Positions 36,147-48,085 of a stretch of DNA of 64,000 nucleotides are shown piece after piece. Position 1 is the stretch's first letter. Every line of letters begins with the position of its first letter. The DNA comes from Diplonema japonicum (Eukaryota > Protista > Euglenozoa: Diplonemea): the NCBI GenBank assembly GCA_964019335.1, contig OZ025750.1:252492-316491 (forward strand), in the 5' to 3' direction. A program made the position numbers and the translations under genes. The notes below the pieces were generated by a model. That model was not told the DNA's origin. It saw only the letters and a list, made by a program, of their open reading frames with translations, and did not search any database.

Positions 36147-36849
36147 GAAAGGGGTAAGATAAGTAGAGACAAGGGGGACGTTTCAAAACAGGAACCTCCT
36201 TTTTCTCATCTCCATTTTTTTTCTTTCCTTCTTTCCCTTCAACCCATAGGCATAGGGCAATTACTTAAGGGTGAAGTAATGGGGGGGGGGGGGGGTCAGG
36301 TGAATCAAACGACCCCCCCCCAAGTGCGTGCAGTAATTTCAGAAGAGTGTAATAAAGATAATAACAATAAATTTGCATTCTTTGTGCCGAGTGAAAGGGC
36401 TTACTACTGCATCTTATTCTTTTTTTGCAGGGCCATCATGGCTGAGTGGGCGGCACGGAGACGAGGTATGGAAAGCGGCGAAGGAAGACCCGAGAGCGGA
36501 TGAGTTTCTTAAGGTCCTTCTTGGTTTTCTCTGATGCAAAAACTGGCCTTCTGTTCCATCCCAGACTCTTCTTCGCACCTATGGTTCTGAGCGCGTGGTT
36601 CTTCTGGCTCTCCGCTGGGAAGATCCGCTTGCCTCTGACCTTCTTCTGTATGCGTGCTGTGTCCCACCCTTCTTGGATTCTTTCCAGGAGGCCGTGTGGG
36701 CAGGAAGTGGCAAGAAGAAAGAGAGGATACTTTGAGAAAGGCAACACAGCCAAAAAGAAAGAAAGGCCGAGGCCCCAGAGGGAGAAAGGGGTAGATAAGT
36801 AGAGACAAGGGGGACGTTCCAAGACAGGAACCTCCTTTATCTCATCTCT
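36147..36849 (+). repeat. Pair of ~65 bp direct repeats (36147-36214, 36784-36849), a divergent subfamily of family D
   Basis: gaaaggggta(a)gataagtagagacaagggggacgtt..caa.acaggaacctcctt..tctcatctc occurs twice. Confidence 0.75.
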
Positions 36850-38180
36850 CATTGTTATTCTTTTCCCCATTTTTCTGTGTATTTTTGATATTGTGTGGGT
36901 GGAAGGACAAGCAAAAGAAAAGAGAAGAAAAGCTCCCCCCCCCCTTTTTTTCTTGTTTTTTATCTTTTTTAACAGTCTGAAAGCCTGCAGTAGTAAGATT
37001 GTGTACCAGATTTGTATTTATTTTGTTCGGTTTTAATAACGTGCTGTTAATCTTATATGGAACAATACATTTTTGGCCCCACTAAAATCAAAGTCACGTT
37101 TTCCTACTTATTTACCACCTTAAACAGTTCCAGCTACATAAATAATCATTAAAAGATCCAACCCTATCCTTTGAATAAAACAGCTCGCTCCATAGCTTCT
37201 TGACTGCCCGTGACCGGTACGCGCCCATAGCAGAGTCTTCAACAGGCTCCTCCCCAGCCGCCTGACAGGCTCCAATTCGGCGAAGCCGGTTGCTGACCGG
37301 GCGAAACAAGACATCGTAAGCTACACAAGCGAAAAAAGATGGCGGTCTAAGAGTGGATGCAAGCCCGATAGAAATTGATCCGCTGCCATTGGAAGTGTCA
37401 ATACCGGTCCGGAACCAGTACCCGAAGACCCGGACCTTGAGATCAGCAGGCTGGGCATCGGCTTGGAGCGTGACATGAGCACATTTTGTTTCTTGGGAAT
37501 ATTTTCGGAGATTTTTCTTATTTTTGTGTAATTTTATGTTCTGAATTAAGTGGTGTTCTGTAAGTACTATATGTAACTTTTTCACGTAACATTATAAATA
37601 CAAATCCGGTTAGGTAAGAGAAGGTTATATGCCCTCGTGCAGGAGTGCAGAATAAATGATGAAAGCAACGGGATTGGATTTGCCCTTTCCCTTTCTTTTT
37701 AGGGGGGCATTTCACATATCCCTCCTTTTACTCATATATATATATATATTTTTTTTTTTTCAAACATCTGTTTTGTTATTCTTTTTTTCTTTTACTTCCT
37801 TTCCCCCCCTCTCTCTCTCTCTATGGGTGGATTTCGCTTCTTTTTTTGGTAAAAGAGAACGAAGAAATAAGAGAAATAATGACAGGCAAACTTTTTTTTC
37901 CTCTCTTTTTTTTTTCCTTTTTTTTTTTCCTTCTTCTAGCAGACAGGAAGAAAAAAAAAAGGGAAAAAAAACGACGAAAAAGAAACAAAAAGAAAGAGTG
38001 CGCGGTACTCAAGTCTCAGTTTTTTGTACCGTGTTCAATAACTGTTAAAGGAAATCAGATTTCTGTGATTCAGCCAACGCAAAGACATTGTGGAGAAAAA
38101 GGGCTGATTACCTTATTGGGTTCATTGGTCTTTTCTTCTCTTTTCGAATTGCGCCTTTTCTTTTTTTCCGTTTTGGGCAG

Positions 38181-38535
38181 GCAAGACGACATCACCAAGA
38201 GGGCCAACCGATTGGCAAAAATAATTGAAAGACTGATGGGCGCAGCCGAGGCACACGCACCAAAGCCGTTCATGCCCAAGGAAATAACTGAATCCGTGGC
38301 ATTACGATCGATAGGTGCACCCAAGCGACTGAAGGGGTACACCGGAAGGCCGAAATTCGCATCCAGCAGAACGTGCGAAATTCTGGAAAGACAATGCGCA
38401 GTACCGACTGCACAGAGAAAAGAGTGGTCCGACCCCTTCGTGCCCGACTACAGAGCACAACAACCTACCAGAACGCAGTCCACCCTACCCGCAGCCATGC
38501 ATCCTTCAGCACAGAAGGGTAGCAACATCCGCTAG
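38181..38535 (+). mobile_element. Divergent family A-related coding remnant
   Basis: ITKRANRLAKIIERL..PKPF..SIGA..KGYTGRPKFASSRT aligns by eye with LEERARKIKALIRKL..PRPF..AIGG..GFARRPIFATHST. Confidence 0.5.
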
Positions 38536-38630
38536 CGCGGTTAAGAAGTTGCTCGTACGCCAGGCGGTTTATGAAGCAACCAAAGTCATTCTTCTTTTTT
38601 TTTTCTTTTTTTTTTTTTTTTTTCGTTTTA

Positions 38631-38797
38631 ACAATACTATGTACTAATCGAGACTAAAAAGGAGGTTGATGGCAGCGTAATGAGCTATTTTATTAGGCGT
38701 TAGGCGATCCTGTCACATACTGCAGGTTCCCTTCAAAGACATCTTTTATTAGGTAAAATCTCGCTCGTGCCCCAAGCAAATAAAGGCGCCAGACTAG
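38631..38797 (+). repeat. Dispersed repeat family B with an internal insertion flanked by ttttattagg
   Basis: Homologous to 9791-9906. Confidence 0.8.
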
Positions 38798-38833
38798 TTT
38801 TTTTTTTTTTCCTATAAAAAACAATTGTATTAC

Positions 38834-38916
38834 CCGCTGCTGAAAGGGGATAGGTGCAGCTAGTGGATGAGAACAAGGGGGCGTCTCACGAGACCTCCTT
38901 TAACTCATATATTTTT
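38834..38916 (+). repeat. Dispersed repeat family D
   Basis: ccgctgctgaaaggggataggtgcag..gatgagaacaagggggcgtctcac.agacctcctttaactcatatattttt, nearly identical to 45962-46050. Confidence 0.85.
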
Positions 38917-39549
38917 ATGTATTTTCTTTTCCGTAAGGGGGAGCATCGAAAGAAAAACACAGGTGGATTTACTAAAGGCTAAAAAAGAAAAAAAAACGAC
39001 AAAAAGAAAGTGTTTTTTTTTTTTTCACCCTTAGTTATCAAAAAGAATGTTTTGGCAATGTTATGCGCCTCAACCAACGCATCGTGCATTAAATAACTTG
39101 CCTATTCTTTTTGAAGAGAAATAAAAATAAATATCCGCCCCCCCCCCCCCCCCTCCCCTTTTATATTTCAGGTTGTTTTTGCTTTGCCGTTTCCCCTTTT
39201 TGGAGAAGGAAAACACCTTTTTTTTGCACAAGATGTATGAAAGAAAAGAAGAAGAAAAGAAAAAGAAAAAAGAAAACGATCGGAATGAAAGAAAAGAAAT
39301 AAAATCTTCGCCGCACAGCTAAAAAGAAACGATTTTTTGAGGTCTTCTTTTTTTTGTTCCTTGGCTTGAACAAAAGCTTTGTTCGGTCTTAAACAGGCCT
39401 TTTTTTCTTTCTTTTGCAAGAAATAAGAGGCACAACCAACAGAAAGTACAAAGAATAACTATTTCCCGTTTTCGAGTTACTACTTTTCCTTCGACGCACG
39501 TGTATACAAAAAGAAAGAGGGGAAAAGAGAGAAAAAAAAAAAAGAGAGT

Positions 39550-39644
39550 GGAACGGGCCGTTGTTTGTACGTGCCGGGTAGAAGACCTGAGAAGTTTATA
39601 ACCCGTAAACACGTTGCCAATATTCCCAGGTCAATAGACTCGTT
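39550..39644 (-). repeat. Dispersed repeat family H (inverted copy)
   Basis: Reverse complement of 742-849. Confidence 0.75.
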
Positions 39645-39945
39645 ATCTTTTTTTTTTTCTTTCTTCTTTTTTTTTTCCCCCTTCACAAAAAAGAAGAACA
39701 AAACAAAACAAAACAAACAAAAAAGGGCGTCGATTTTCTTTTAGCATTTTTTTTTTTTGTTTGGTGTACCGACCGAAAAAAAAAAAAGTTGTTTCTTTTT
39801 TTTTTTTTTTCCTCTTTTTTTTCTTCTTCTTTTGTTTTATAATTTCCCCTTCCCATCACTTTTCATTTCACTTCTTCCTCACAGGGCTTTTTATTCGTTA
39901 ATGAACCGCAGGACTCGGAAGCAGGCGGTAGTAGAGAAGGAGCCG

Positions 39946-42078
39946 ATGTGGGCGTTTTTGAACAGATACCTGACGCAGCCGGGGGACGACCCACAGGTAG
40001 TTTTTCACAAGAAGATCCTTCTGGCGATCTCCCTGGCAGCCGCAGCAATATACTCGTGGATAGCACTCACCAACAGCAACGGAACAGGCCTGGCCTACTA
40101 CAAGGGCTGGATGGGGGCACTGTCTGGCCTCATAGCTGCCTTCCAGCTACTGTATGAACGTAAGATACGCCACGCAGTGACAGAGCTGACCATGTACGGG
40201 TACGTGGTGGCCATCATCATTACAGATTATACTGGGGTTGTGGAGGGGAACATCCTTATGTGGTCGGGGCTGGTTCTTGTTCTTGACGTTGCACTCGTCT
40301 GCAGGCTCAAGAGACGTGTAACCATAAATGTCATAGTTATCGGTTTTGTGTGGCTTGTCATCGTGGCCATCGAGACCACTCTCCGGATCGGTGTTTACGA
40401 CGCCCCCTTCCTCCCTTCGCAGGCTGAACGGTTCAGGAGAACGTGCGACTGTACATCGTTGCCGTGCCCGCGTGATTTCAACAACACATTTGCGTACCTT
40501 CTGGCGCAGATTGTCATCTTCCTCCTCGACTTCTACTTCACGCGTGGTTTCTCCAGCCGTCTCTACCAGGAGACTGATAAGATGCACAATGTTATTTCCA
40601 CTGCGGAGACAACCGCTGAAGCGCTTTCCCGGTTCGACCTCGCGCTTGCCGAAGAAGCCATCAACTCCTCCCCCCTCCCCCCGCCCCTTCACGACGCCTT
40701 CAGTAGTATTATCAGCAATCTACGTGTCTACCGCCCGTACATCCCAGACGCGCTGTTCGATCATTTGCACGGTACTGCAGAGCAGCCCAGAGAAGTCCCC
40801 GCACCAGGGCTGATGACAGACGTTGTTGCCATCGTCTTCACCGACATACAAGGATCGACAGCGACATGGGAGGCCTGCCCTGAGGGGATGAAGGAGAGTC
40901 TGAAGGTGCATGACCATGTGATGCGGGAATGTCTCCACAACCAAGGCGGGTACGAGGTGAAGACTATCGGTGACGCCTTCATGGTCGCCTTCGCAAGCGC
41001 TGTCGACGCAGTCGACTTCTCTCTCAACGTGCAGGAGAAGCTGGTTCAGAGCAAATGGCCGCAGGAACTCCTATGCTTGGATCACTGCGCATGGCAGGAA
41101 GACGGCCCATGGTGCGGGCTGCGCGTCCGCATCGGCGTCCACTGGGGAGAGGTAGAAATGCAACTGAACACCCTGACAGGTAGGTACGACTACTTCGGGA
41201 ACACTGTGAACAAGGCGGCTCGGATGGAAGGAACATGCATTGGCGGCGCTGTGGCAATTACAGAAGAAGTGATGGCAAAGGTGGGTCCATTGGAAGGAGT
41301 ATGTGTCATTGTAATGGGCGACGTAAAGCTAAGGGGCGTCCCCGGCTATATGCATCCATTCCTGCTGCTCCCACAGAGCTTGGCAGGAAGATCCCAGTAC
41401 TGCGAGTCACAGCTGCGCCTCAAGCGGGAAGACAGGAAGATCACAGTGCACAACTCTACTGGCGTCTCGCTTCGCGACACAATTTCAGTGAACGCCGAGA
41501 CGGTGCTGTCATCGGTCGCGTCTGCAAGTGTGGGGATCTTGAACGTGAAGCTGCCTGACACACGTGACCACAGGGAGGCGACGCTGGTGATGAACGATGC
41601 ATTGGCAAAGGTTAACATGTGCAGTGAAAGGACCCACGGTGTGGTGGTCTCGTTACAGGGCAGCAGGGTTGCTGTCGGATGGAACACCTCACGGCCCTGC
41701 GTCACACATGTTGAGAACTCAGTAGCCTTTGTGTCAATGTTGCACAGGCTGCTCGAACAAGACGACTGCACAGCGCATCTGGGTGTCTCTGCCAGTGATG
41801 TGCGGCACGGTACTGTAGGCAACCAGCGGCAGAGGTTCGTCGCCGTGCTCGGGCAGTGTGTCGATGTGAGTGGTGTCTTGGCAACCCTGGCAGAGCAGGT
41901 GGACGTGTTCGCACTTTACGGTAGCCACTCTGAGCCTCGTTCTATAAAGGGGACTAGTTTTGCACTTGAGGAGCACTCCCCTCAGGGCTCACATGGACTG
42001 AATGCTTATCGGCTTGTCGTCCGTGCCTGGAACGTCACTGAGGCCACAGAGCACTCCCTTTCGGTTACCGTGGTTTAG
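39946..42078 (+). CDS. Multi-TM class III adenylyl cyclase with a C-terminal degenerate cyclase domain (paralog of 7322-9484)
   Basis: IVFTDIQGST, YEVKTIGDAFM and DYFGNTVNKAARME. Start chosen by alignment to the paralog; an alternative ATG lies at 39901. Confidence 0.92.
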   Translation: MWAFLNRYLTQPGDDPQVVFHKKILLAISLAAAAIYSWIALTNSNGTGLAYYKGWMGALSGLIAAFQLLYERKIRHAVTELTMYGYVVAIIITDYTGVVEGNILMWSGLVLVLDVALVCRLKRRVTINVIVIGFVWLVIVAIETTLRIGVYDAPFLPSQAERFRRTCDCTSLPCPRDFNNTFAYLLAQIVIFLLDFYFTRGFSSRLYQETDKMHNVISTAETTAEALSRFDLALAEEAINSSPLPPPLHDAFSSIISNLRVYRPYIPDALFDHLHGTAEQPREVPAPGLMTDVVAIVFTDIQGSTATWEACPEGMKESLKVHDHVMRECLHNQGGYEVKTIGDAFMVAFASAVDAVDFSLNVQEKLVQSKWPQELLCLDHCAWQEDGPWCGLRVRIGVHWGEVEMQLNTLTGRYDYFGNTVNKAARMEGTCIGGAVAITEEVMAKVGPLEGVCVIVMGDVKLRGVPGYMHPFLLLPQSLAGRSQYCESQLRLKREDRKITVHNSTGVSLRDTISVNAETVLSSVASASVGILNVKLPDTRDHREATLVMNDALAKVNMCSERTHGVVVSLQGSRVAVGWNTSRPCVTHVENSVAFVSMLHRLLEQDDCTAHLGVSASDVRHGTVGNQRQRFVAVLGQCVDVSGVLATLAEQVDVFALYGSHSEPRSIKGTSFALEEHSPQGSHGLNAYRLVVRAWNVTEATEHSLSVTVV

Positions 42079-42780
42079 TTGTAGAAGATTTAAATCTTTT
42101 TTTTTCTCCTTTCTTTTTTTATTTTTTTGTCACTCACATTCACTGTAAAAACATATGACCTCTTTGACTGGTCAGTCTGGTACTTTTTTTTTTCTTTTTT
42201 TTTTCTTCAAAAGAAAAGGCCTTAAAACGAGTCATTTCAGGGAAGTGACCGGTGATATGAAAAAAGAAAAACACCAGCAAAATACAAAAAAAGAAAAAGC
42301 ACAATCAAAGAAAAGGAGATTCCTGAAGCTGCTGTTACATCCCCTCGGACTTGGAGTTAATTTCCTTTTTTTAAAACCAATCCTACCCCCCCCACCTTTT
42401 TTTTGTCTTTTTTCTCTCACCGCCCTTTCTTCTCCAGCAACGAACGAATGCCTTTTTTTTCTTCTTCTTCCTACTTATTATGGTGGGGTGGGGAGGGGGA
42501 GCTGCTCACATTTATGTTAACTCGCTCACTTTTTTCCTTCCTTCACCCCACTCCTCTTTTTTTTTGAAAAAAAAGAAAAGACTTTTTTTTTATGAACCCC
42601 AGACCATGTAATAGAAGCTCTCTTGCCTTAATCCCTTGGCGGGTGCTTAAGGCTTTAAAAAAAGCCACATATCACGGTTTTTTTTTTTTTTTTTTTTTTT
42701 TTATGATTGTGAACGGTGAATACCGCTACTTCATTTAGGTAAACACAGCACAATTCCTTTTTTTTTTTTTTTTTTTTTGC

Positions 42781-42987
42781 AAGGGCGGCCCTCCATGAGG
42801 GGGTTTGTCCTGCACTTTGTAGATGACCTTTTCCTTCTCCCCCCCCTTCGTGGGTGTTGCCTCTTGGCCAGTCTTTGCCGGTAGAACGATCAGATTTACT
42901 CGCCGTGACCCCCTTATTTGCTCCCGGGGTAGGGTGCATGTAGAGGATGAGAACAAAGGGGCTTCTCACAAAGACCTCCTTTAACTC
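42781..42987 (+). repeat. Adjacent family A tail (42781-42818) and family D copy (42926-42987)
   Basis: aagggcggccctccatgagggggtttgtcctgcacttt and ggatgagaacaaaggggcttctcacaaagacctcctttaactc. Confidence 0.75.
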
Positions 42988-43092
42988 CTACAATCATATT
43001 TTTTTTTAATGGAAAAACACATCAAGGGAGGTTCGTTTGTAAGAGTTCCTCTCAATCTCGAACAACAACGACATTTTAGTCATAAGGAATTA

Positions 43093-44740
43093 CTGTAAAA
43101 CGAATAATGTCGGACGGAAAAATTCTCGGACAGAAAAACTCCCGGACACCAAAAAAACCCGGACATTTTTCCGTCCGGGAGTTTTTCGTTTTAGAAGTTT
43201 TTTTACTTAAGGGGGGGTAGCAGCTCCCACCACGTTTGCCTGGAAGGGCTTTATTCCTTGTGCAGAGCCAAAATGTTTACCCTGCGTGGCAGTTTGAATT
43301 TTTCTTCCCCTTTCAATGCACCAACAAACAGCACCCACGGGATCTTTAACTTCTCATAAACCCGTTCTTTCGTCAAATTAACCAGTTCGACTAAGGCACG
43401 TTGAGCAGCTGGCTTGTGAGGGGCCCAACTTTGGTGCTGACACCCCCGGCCAGCTCACCCCCGAGAGGTGGAGGAGATAAACACCTTACACCGGGCCAGT
43501 ACAAACCCCCGAAAGCAGCTTGGCGGCCTCTGCCTCGGTCAGAAGACGGCAGCAACAGGTTCAACAGAGCCCCCGGTTTCTTCCAGACGGAAATACTGGA
43601 CGTTGCTATTCACCCTACCACACCCTGGCCGCCGCGACGCCGTGATAGCAGCGTATCGCCCAATACGGGATTTAGCATCCTTCGGGGGCTGAAAGGTTTT
43701 TGCTTGAGTCGATAGGTAAAACGGGCTTGGTGAGCTTATCCCAGCACAACAAATATGCACCTATGCAGAAGGGCTGCTTTCGCGCCAATCCAGCCCGAAA
43801 GACAAACCTGGCAGACTTTGGTGGAGCACTGTCCTTTTCCACTGACTAGGCTGACAAAACTTTGCAGCAAGAAAGACAAAAGCCGCAAGCCACCTCCGGA
43901 AAGCCCGGAAACGAGAAGGACAACGAGAGGGCACGCTGTTTCACCATGGAATTCAGGTCCATAATCGACACCCATAAAGTAAGGCCGGAATTGGTCTGGA
44001 ATACAGGGTTAAAAACTAAAACGAAAAGGGGTGCTAAGGTCGTAAAAGTCCGTGGCTTGGGTGACAAAACGGGCTATAACCGAACAGCTGGCTGTTTCCT
44101 TGGCTGGATGGGTTGCAACTTAAATACAAAGGCAAAGCGGAAACGCAACCGGCAGGGATTATCCGTGCCCCGGTCAAGCACCTGCCCGTCGAATGGAGCC
44201 TAACGGCATCGCCCAATCATTGGGCTAATTATGATACTCGGTATCTGGGTTACGGAGCTGTTTCTTCCTTTTTGCTATAAATCATTGATTCCCATGGTTT
44301 TGCCGAACGGGCCGATTCTGCTGCTTGTCGGCGACCACAACTCTCACACGACCTATGCCTATGGGTTCGTAGAGTGGTTCGCAGGCGCAAACGTGCACAT
44401 TGCTTTTGTCCCCCTGGGCTCACCTACATGGTTCAACCGATGGATATTGGGTTGAACGCAGCTGTAAAGCATCTATTAAGAAAGGTAGTAGGCCACACGA
44501 AGGCTCGACAAGCTGATTGCCTCAGGGGCAGCAAGGGAGGACAAAGATGCAGAAAGGGAACCCTGGGGGTTTCTTCGCGCCGTTTGGGTTGCCGTTTGCA
44601 GCCCAGGCCAGTATAGTATGTAGGTGGTAGTGGACCAGGCCCCCTGACGGCCTTACCTAAAAAAAACTCCCGGACGGAAAAATTCCCGGACGCCAAAAAA
44701 ACTCGGACATTTTTCCGTCCGGGAGTTTTTCGTTTTACAG
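43093..44740 (+). mobile_element. Degenerate pogo/Tigger-like (Tc1-mariner superfamily) DNA transposon with TIRs and TA TSD
   Basis: TA|CTGTAAAACGAA...TTCGTTTTACAG|TA. Internal frameshifted DDE_1 remnants PILLLVGDHNSH..NVHIAFVP and PPGLTYMVQPMDIGLNAAVK. Confidence 0.88.
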
Positions 44741-44975
44741 TATTTTTTTTTTCTTTTTGGGAAAACTGCAACGATACTTGGCCGTGGTGGTAGAGAAGCG
44801 GGACCGTGGGTACGAAATGTAGTAGGTAACCTGAACCCGCTGCTTCAATGGTTGTCACTGCTGCGCTGGTGGAGAAGGACAGCTGGTTTCGAATGGACGA
44901 CCTGTAGCGGCCCTCTAGCGGTTTTTTTATTTGACTTGTCTATACAAAAGGGGAAGCGTACGGTTTCTTTTTTGA

Positions 44976-45160
44976 CAGCAAACTGCACGAGCGCAGAATC
45001 CCGGGACGCCCCGGCTAGGGTTGAGCACACCGCATGCATTAAGGACACGACGCGGAACGAAGAAGCTACTGCTCGAGGAGCGCCCCCTGTAATCAAGTAG
45101 GTAGTTCGTGCTTCGTTGCACGCTTAACGCCACCTAGTGTTGCAATCAAAGCCCCATTTT
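44976..45160 (+). repeat. Dispersed repeat family F (~190 bp, ends in a T tract)
   Basis: Near-identical to 47887-48085. Confidence 0.9.
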
Positions 45161-45961
45161 CTTTTTTTTTTAAAAGGGTTTTGTGGGTTATTTGTATGCG
45201 GTTTTCACCACCAGCACCTGCCAGAATAAGGCTGCTTACCTGCTTTTTTTGTTAAAGAAAGAAGAAAAAAAAAAAAGAAGGTTTTTTTTTTCTCGTTTTC
45301 TCGTTTCTCTTTTTATTTATTTATTTTGTCCTTTGGGTTTAGTTTCTTTCAGATGCTTTCTGTGAATTAGAAGAAAACAAAACAAAACAAGAAAAAAAAG
45401 AAGGGGGGTAAGAAAAAAAAAAGGAGGCGTGCAGTTTGAGAAGGGGGTGCTTAAGCCGCTTATTTTTCACCTTTTCTTTTTTCTTTTGTATTTAACAAGA
45501 GCTGATCAGTTTCTTGTAAAGAGCAAAAAGAAAAGAGAGTGATGGTGACATGCAGTATTTATCCCTAGGCAATCCGTTTTCAAGCATTGTCTATTTTCTT
45601 TTTCGTTTCCATATCAAGTCCAAAGAGGGGTACGAGTAGTTAAGTACTTGTAGAAAAAGATTATCGGGCTGACAAAAGAAAGAAGAATAGTCCGGACGAA
45701 AAAATACTCTAAACAGTAATATTATATCCCCTGACGGTTGGTTACCTTTAATTTTTCTTTTTTGCTTTTTTGTAACGAAAAGCTAAAGCTATTTCTTTTT
45801 TTTTTTTTAAAAAAGTGATCGGATGGAACAGGAGGGCGATATTTGCATCACCGAAGACCAAGCATGACCTAGAGGCGTTGAAAGGACAATGGGCGAGAGA
45901 ACGAAGAGAAAGAGCGGCCAGGCTGGGGAGAAGGCCGGCAAGACAACCAAAGGAGGAGAAA

Positions 45962-46050
45962 CCGCTGCTGAAAGGGGATAGGTGCAGGTAGAAGATGAGA
46001 ACAAGGGGGCGTCTCACAAAGACTTCCTTTAACTCATATATTTTTTTTTC
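45962..46050 (+). repeat. Dispersed repeat family D
   Basis: Nearly identical to 38834-38916. Confidence 0.85.
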
Positions 46051-46124
46051 ATATTAGGCACATAGTGAATACTGTGCCTATATATGATTGCTGAACCAAA
46101 CAAACTTTTTTTTTTTTCATCGGA

Positions 46125-46546
46125 AAGATAAACGCAGCATGCAGGGCACGGAAGAAGCGACGCCCCTTCCCAGCGGACGAGAGAAAAAGAGTGAAGTCCC
46201 TCATCGCCATTGGAGGTAAGGCAGCAATTGGTTTCTCCAGGAAGGCCTACTTTCGCCACCCGCTCCACGCACGACAAGCTGATGGAATTGAAGGCCGACT
46301 ACAAGCGGGAACGCAGGTGTCCTAAGGCAAGCTCAGTAAGAACAGAAATCTTACGTAGAGCATAAGGGTAAAAGCTTGCTCGATACACGATCTTCAGTAC
46401 CGATCCTCATCGCATCACACGACTCCGCAAGACGCTCACGGCCTCAATCGGGATGAAAGCAATGCTCCAAAGGGGAGTATTAATAGATAGACCCCCCCCT
46501 CCCATAGGGCGGCCCTCTAGCGGGGGGCTTGTCCTGTACTTTGAGT
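46125..46546 (+). mobile_element. Family A element 3' end with a 99-bp insertion
   Basis: Colinear with 23118-23445 apart from an insert between the duplicated CGCA at 46312-46315 and 46411-46414. Confidence 0.75.
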
Positions 46547-46920
46547 TTTTTTTCTTGCGAAGAATTTGACTTTTTTTTATTTTTATGAAAACGGGCTTTT
46601 AGGTTTTTGCCCTGAAGCCCTCATGTGTGTTACATGATTCGGTGAAGGCACTTTCCCTCTTGCACCTTTTTTTTTTTTTTTTGGTGTGAGGCCCTCCCCC
46701 CCCCCCGTCTCGCCGTCCCCGCAATATTTATTATTATTATCTTGTGCCGCAGGCAGGGTGAGATTACGGTGGGAGGGTTGGTTCTTCAGCCGATACATGA
46801 GACACATGTTACATTACATTCCTTTCCTATTTTTTTTTAATCCTAGTGAAAAACAATCCTTTCCCTGAGCCCAGTTTCCTCTCCTCTTTGGGTGTCGCCT
46901 GAAGATTCCCGCCATTTCCT

Positions 46921-46951
<31 letters not shown>

Positions 46952-47174
46952 GTGGGGAACATTATCAACGTGTTTATAAGCTTCTCCAGGTGCGTAAAAA
47001 CAAAATGCCAGTTCTTTTTCTCGCAGCGGACAAACGGGCAAAATCCTTTTTCTCTTTTTTTTTTGGTGGGGCCAGCAACGTCCGGCACAGAAGTGTGCAC
47101 ATGTTCTTGTGATGGATGAGAAAAGGGTATGCGGCCCTGCATGAAAAGCTTTCATGAGAAGAATCTATATGTGG

Positions 47175-47333
47175 GGCTATACTGGCAAGAAACGGGTAAC
47201 GTTTCCGTTTCCTTATTTTTCAGATACTTAAGGAAACGGCCCAAGGTAAGGATTGGAAACGGTGAAACGTTTCCGTTTCCGTTTCCTTATTTTAAAAAAA
47301 GTGCTTGGAAACGCGTTTCCTGCCAGCATAGCC
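47175..47333. mobile_element. MITE with 20-bp TIR and internal GGAAAC/GTTTCC repeats
   Basis: ggctatactggcaagaaacg ... cgtttcctgccagcatagcc (2 mismatches). Confidence 0.75.
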
Positions 47334-47334
47334 T

Positions 47335-47645
47335 AGGGGGAGGGGGGGTCACATGGTAGTGGTAAAGTAGGTTTTTTCAAATTCGCAAATGCAGCCCCTT
47401 TGTCGACCACCCACAAGGCATTATTTTGCATTTTTAAAAAAAGGTGACCACGGTTTGGTACCTGAGGTTTGTTTTTGCAAAGATTTCAGAAATACAGATA
47501 GAGCATTCACAAGTGCTCTCTAATCCGGCGAATTTTGATTTTTTTGGTTAATTTGGAGGGTATTGGGCGTTTTCTTTTTTACCTAAGATAACTTTTTTTC
47601 ATGTTTACCACGTTTTTAAGGACCACGTGACCCCCCCCTACCCCT
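47335..47645. mobile_element. MITE with G-rich ~24-bp TIR
   Basis: agggggagggggggtcacatggt..gtggtaaa ... tttaccac..accacgtgaccccccccta-cccct. Confidence 0.72.
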
Positions 47646-47886
47646 CAAGCAATTGCATTGAAACCCAGACAAGCCTCTTGCCCTTTTTTCATGGTCGAAG
47701 GAAAACAATCTATAGCAAAAAAGGCAAGAAGCATTTTTTGGTATTTTTTTTTTCCTTCTTTTTTTTTGAAGGTGGTGGGGATAACATGGAAATATAAGAA
47801 GTACATCAGATGTGTTGTTCGCTGTTGACCTCCTCGTCGGTCATCACCGGAAGAACGTATCGCAGATGCTCAGGGTGACGAACAGG

Positions 47887-48085
47887 CAGCAAACTGCACG
47901 AGCGCAGAATCTTGGTTACCCGGGACGCCCCGGCTAGGGTTGAGCACACCGCATGCATTAAGGACACGACGCGGAACGCAGAAGAAGCTACTGCTCGGCC
48001 GAGGAGCGCCCCCTGTAATCAAGTAGGTATTTCGTGCTTCGTTGCACGCTTAACGCCACCTAGTGTTGCAATCAAAGCCCCATTT
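47887..48085 (+). repeat. Dispersed repeat family F (second copy)
   Basis: Near-identical to 44976-45160, with small indels. Confidence 0.9.

Noticed and set aside
37112-37585. 157-aa minus-strand ORF over a GC-richer island
   Set aside because: No recognisable motif, non-ATG start, opposite strand to all genes. Possibly element debris.
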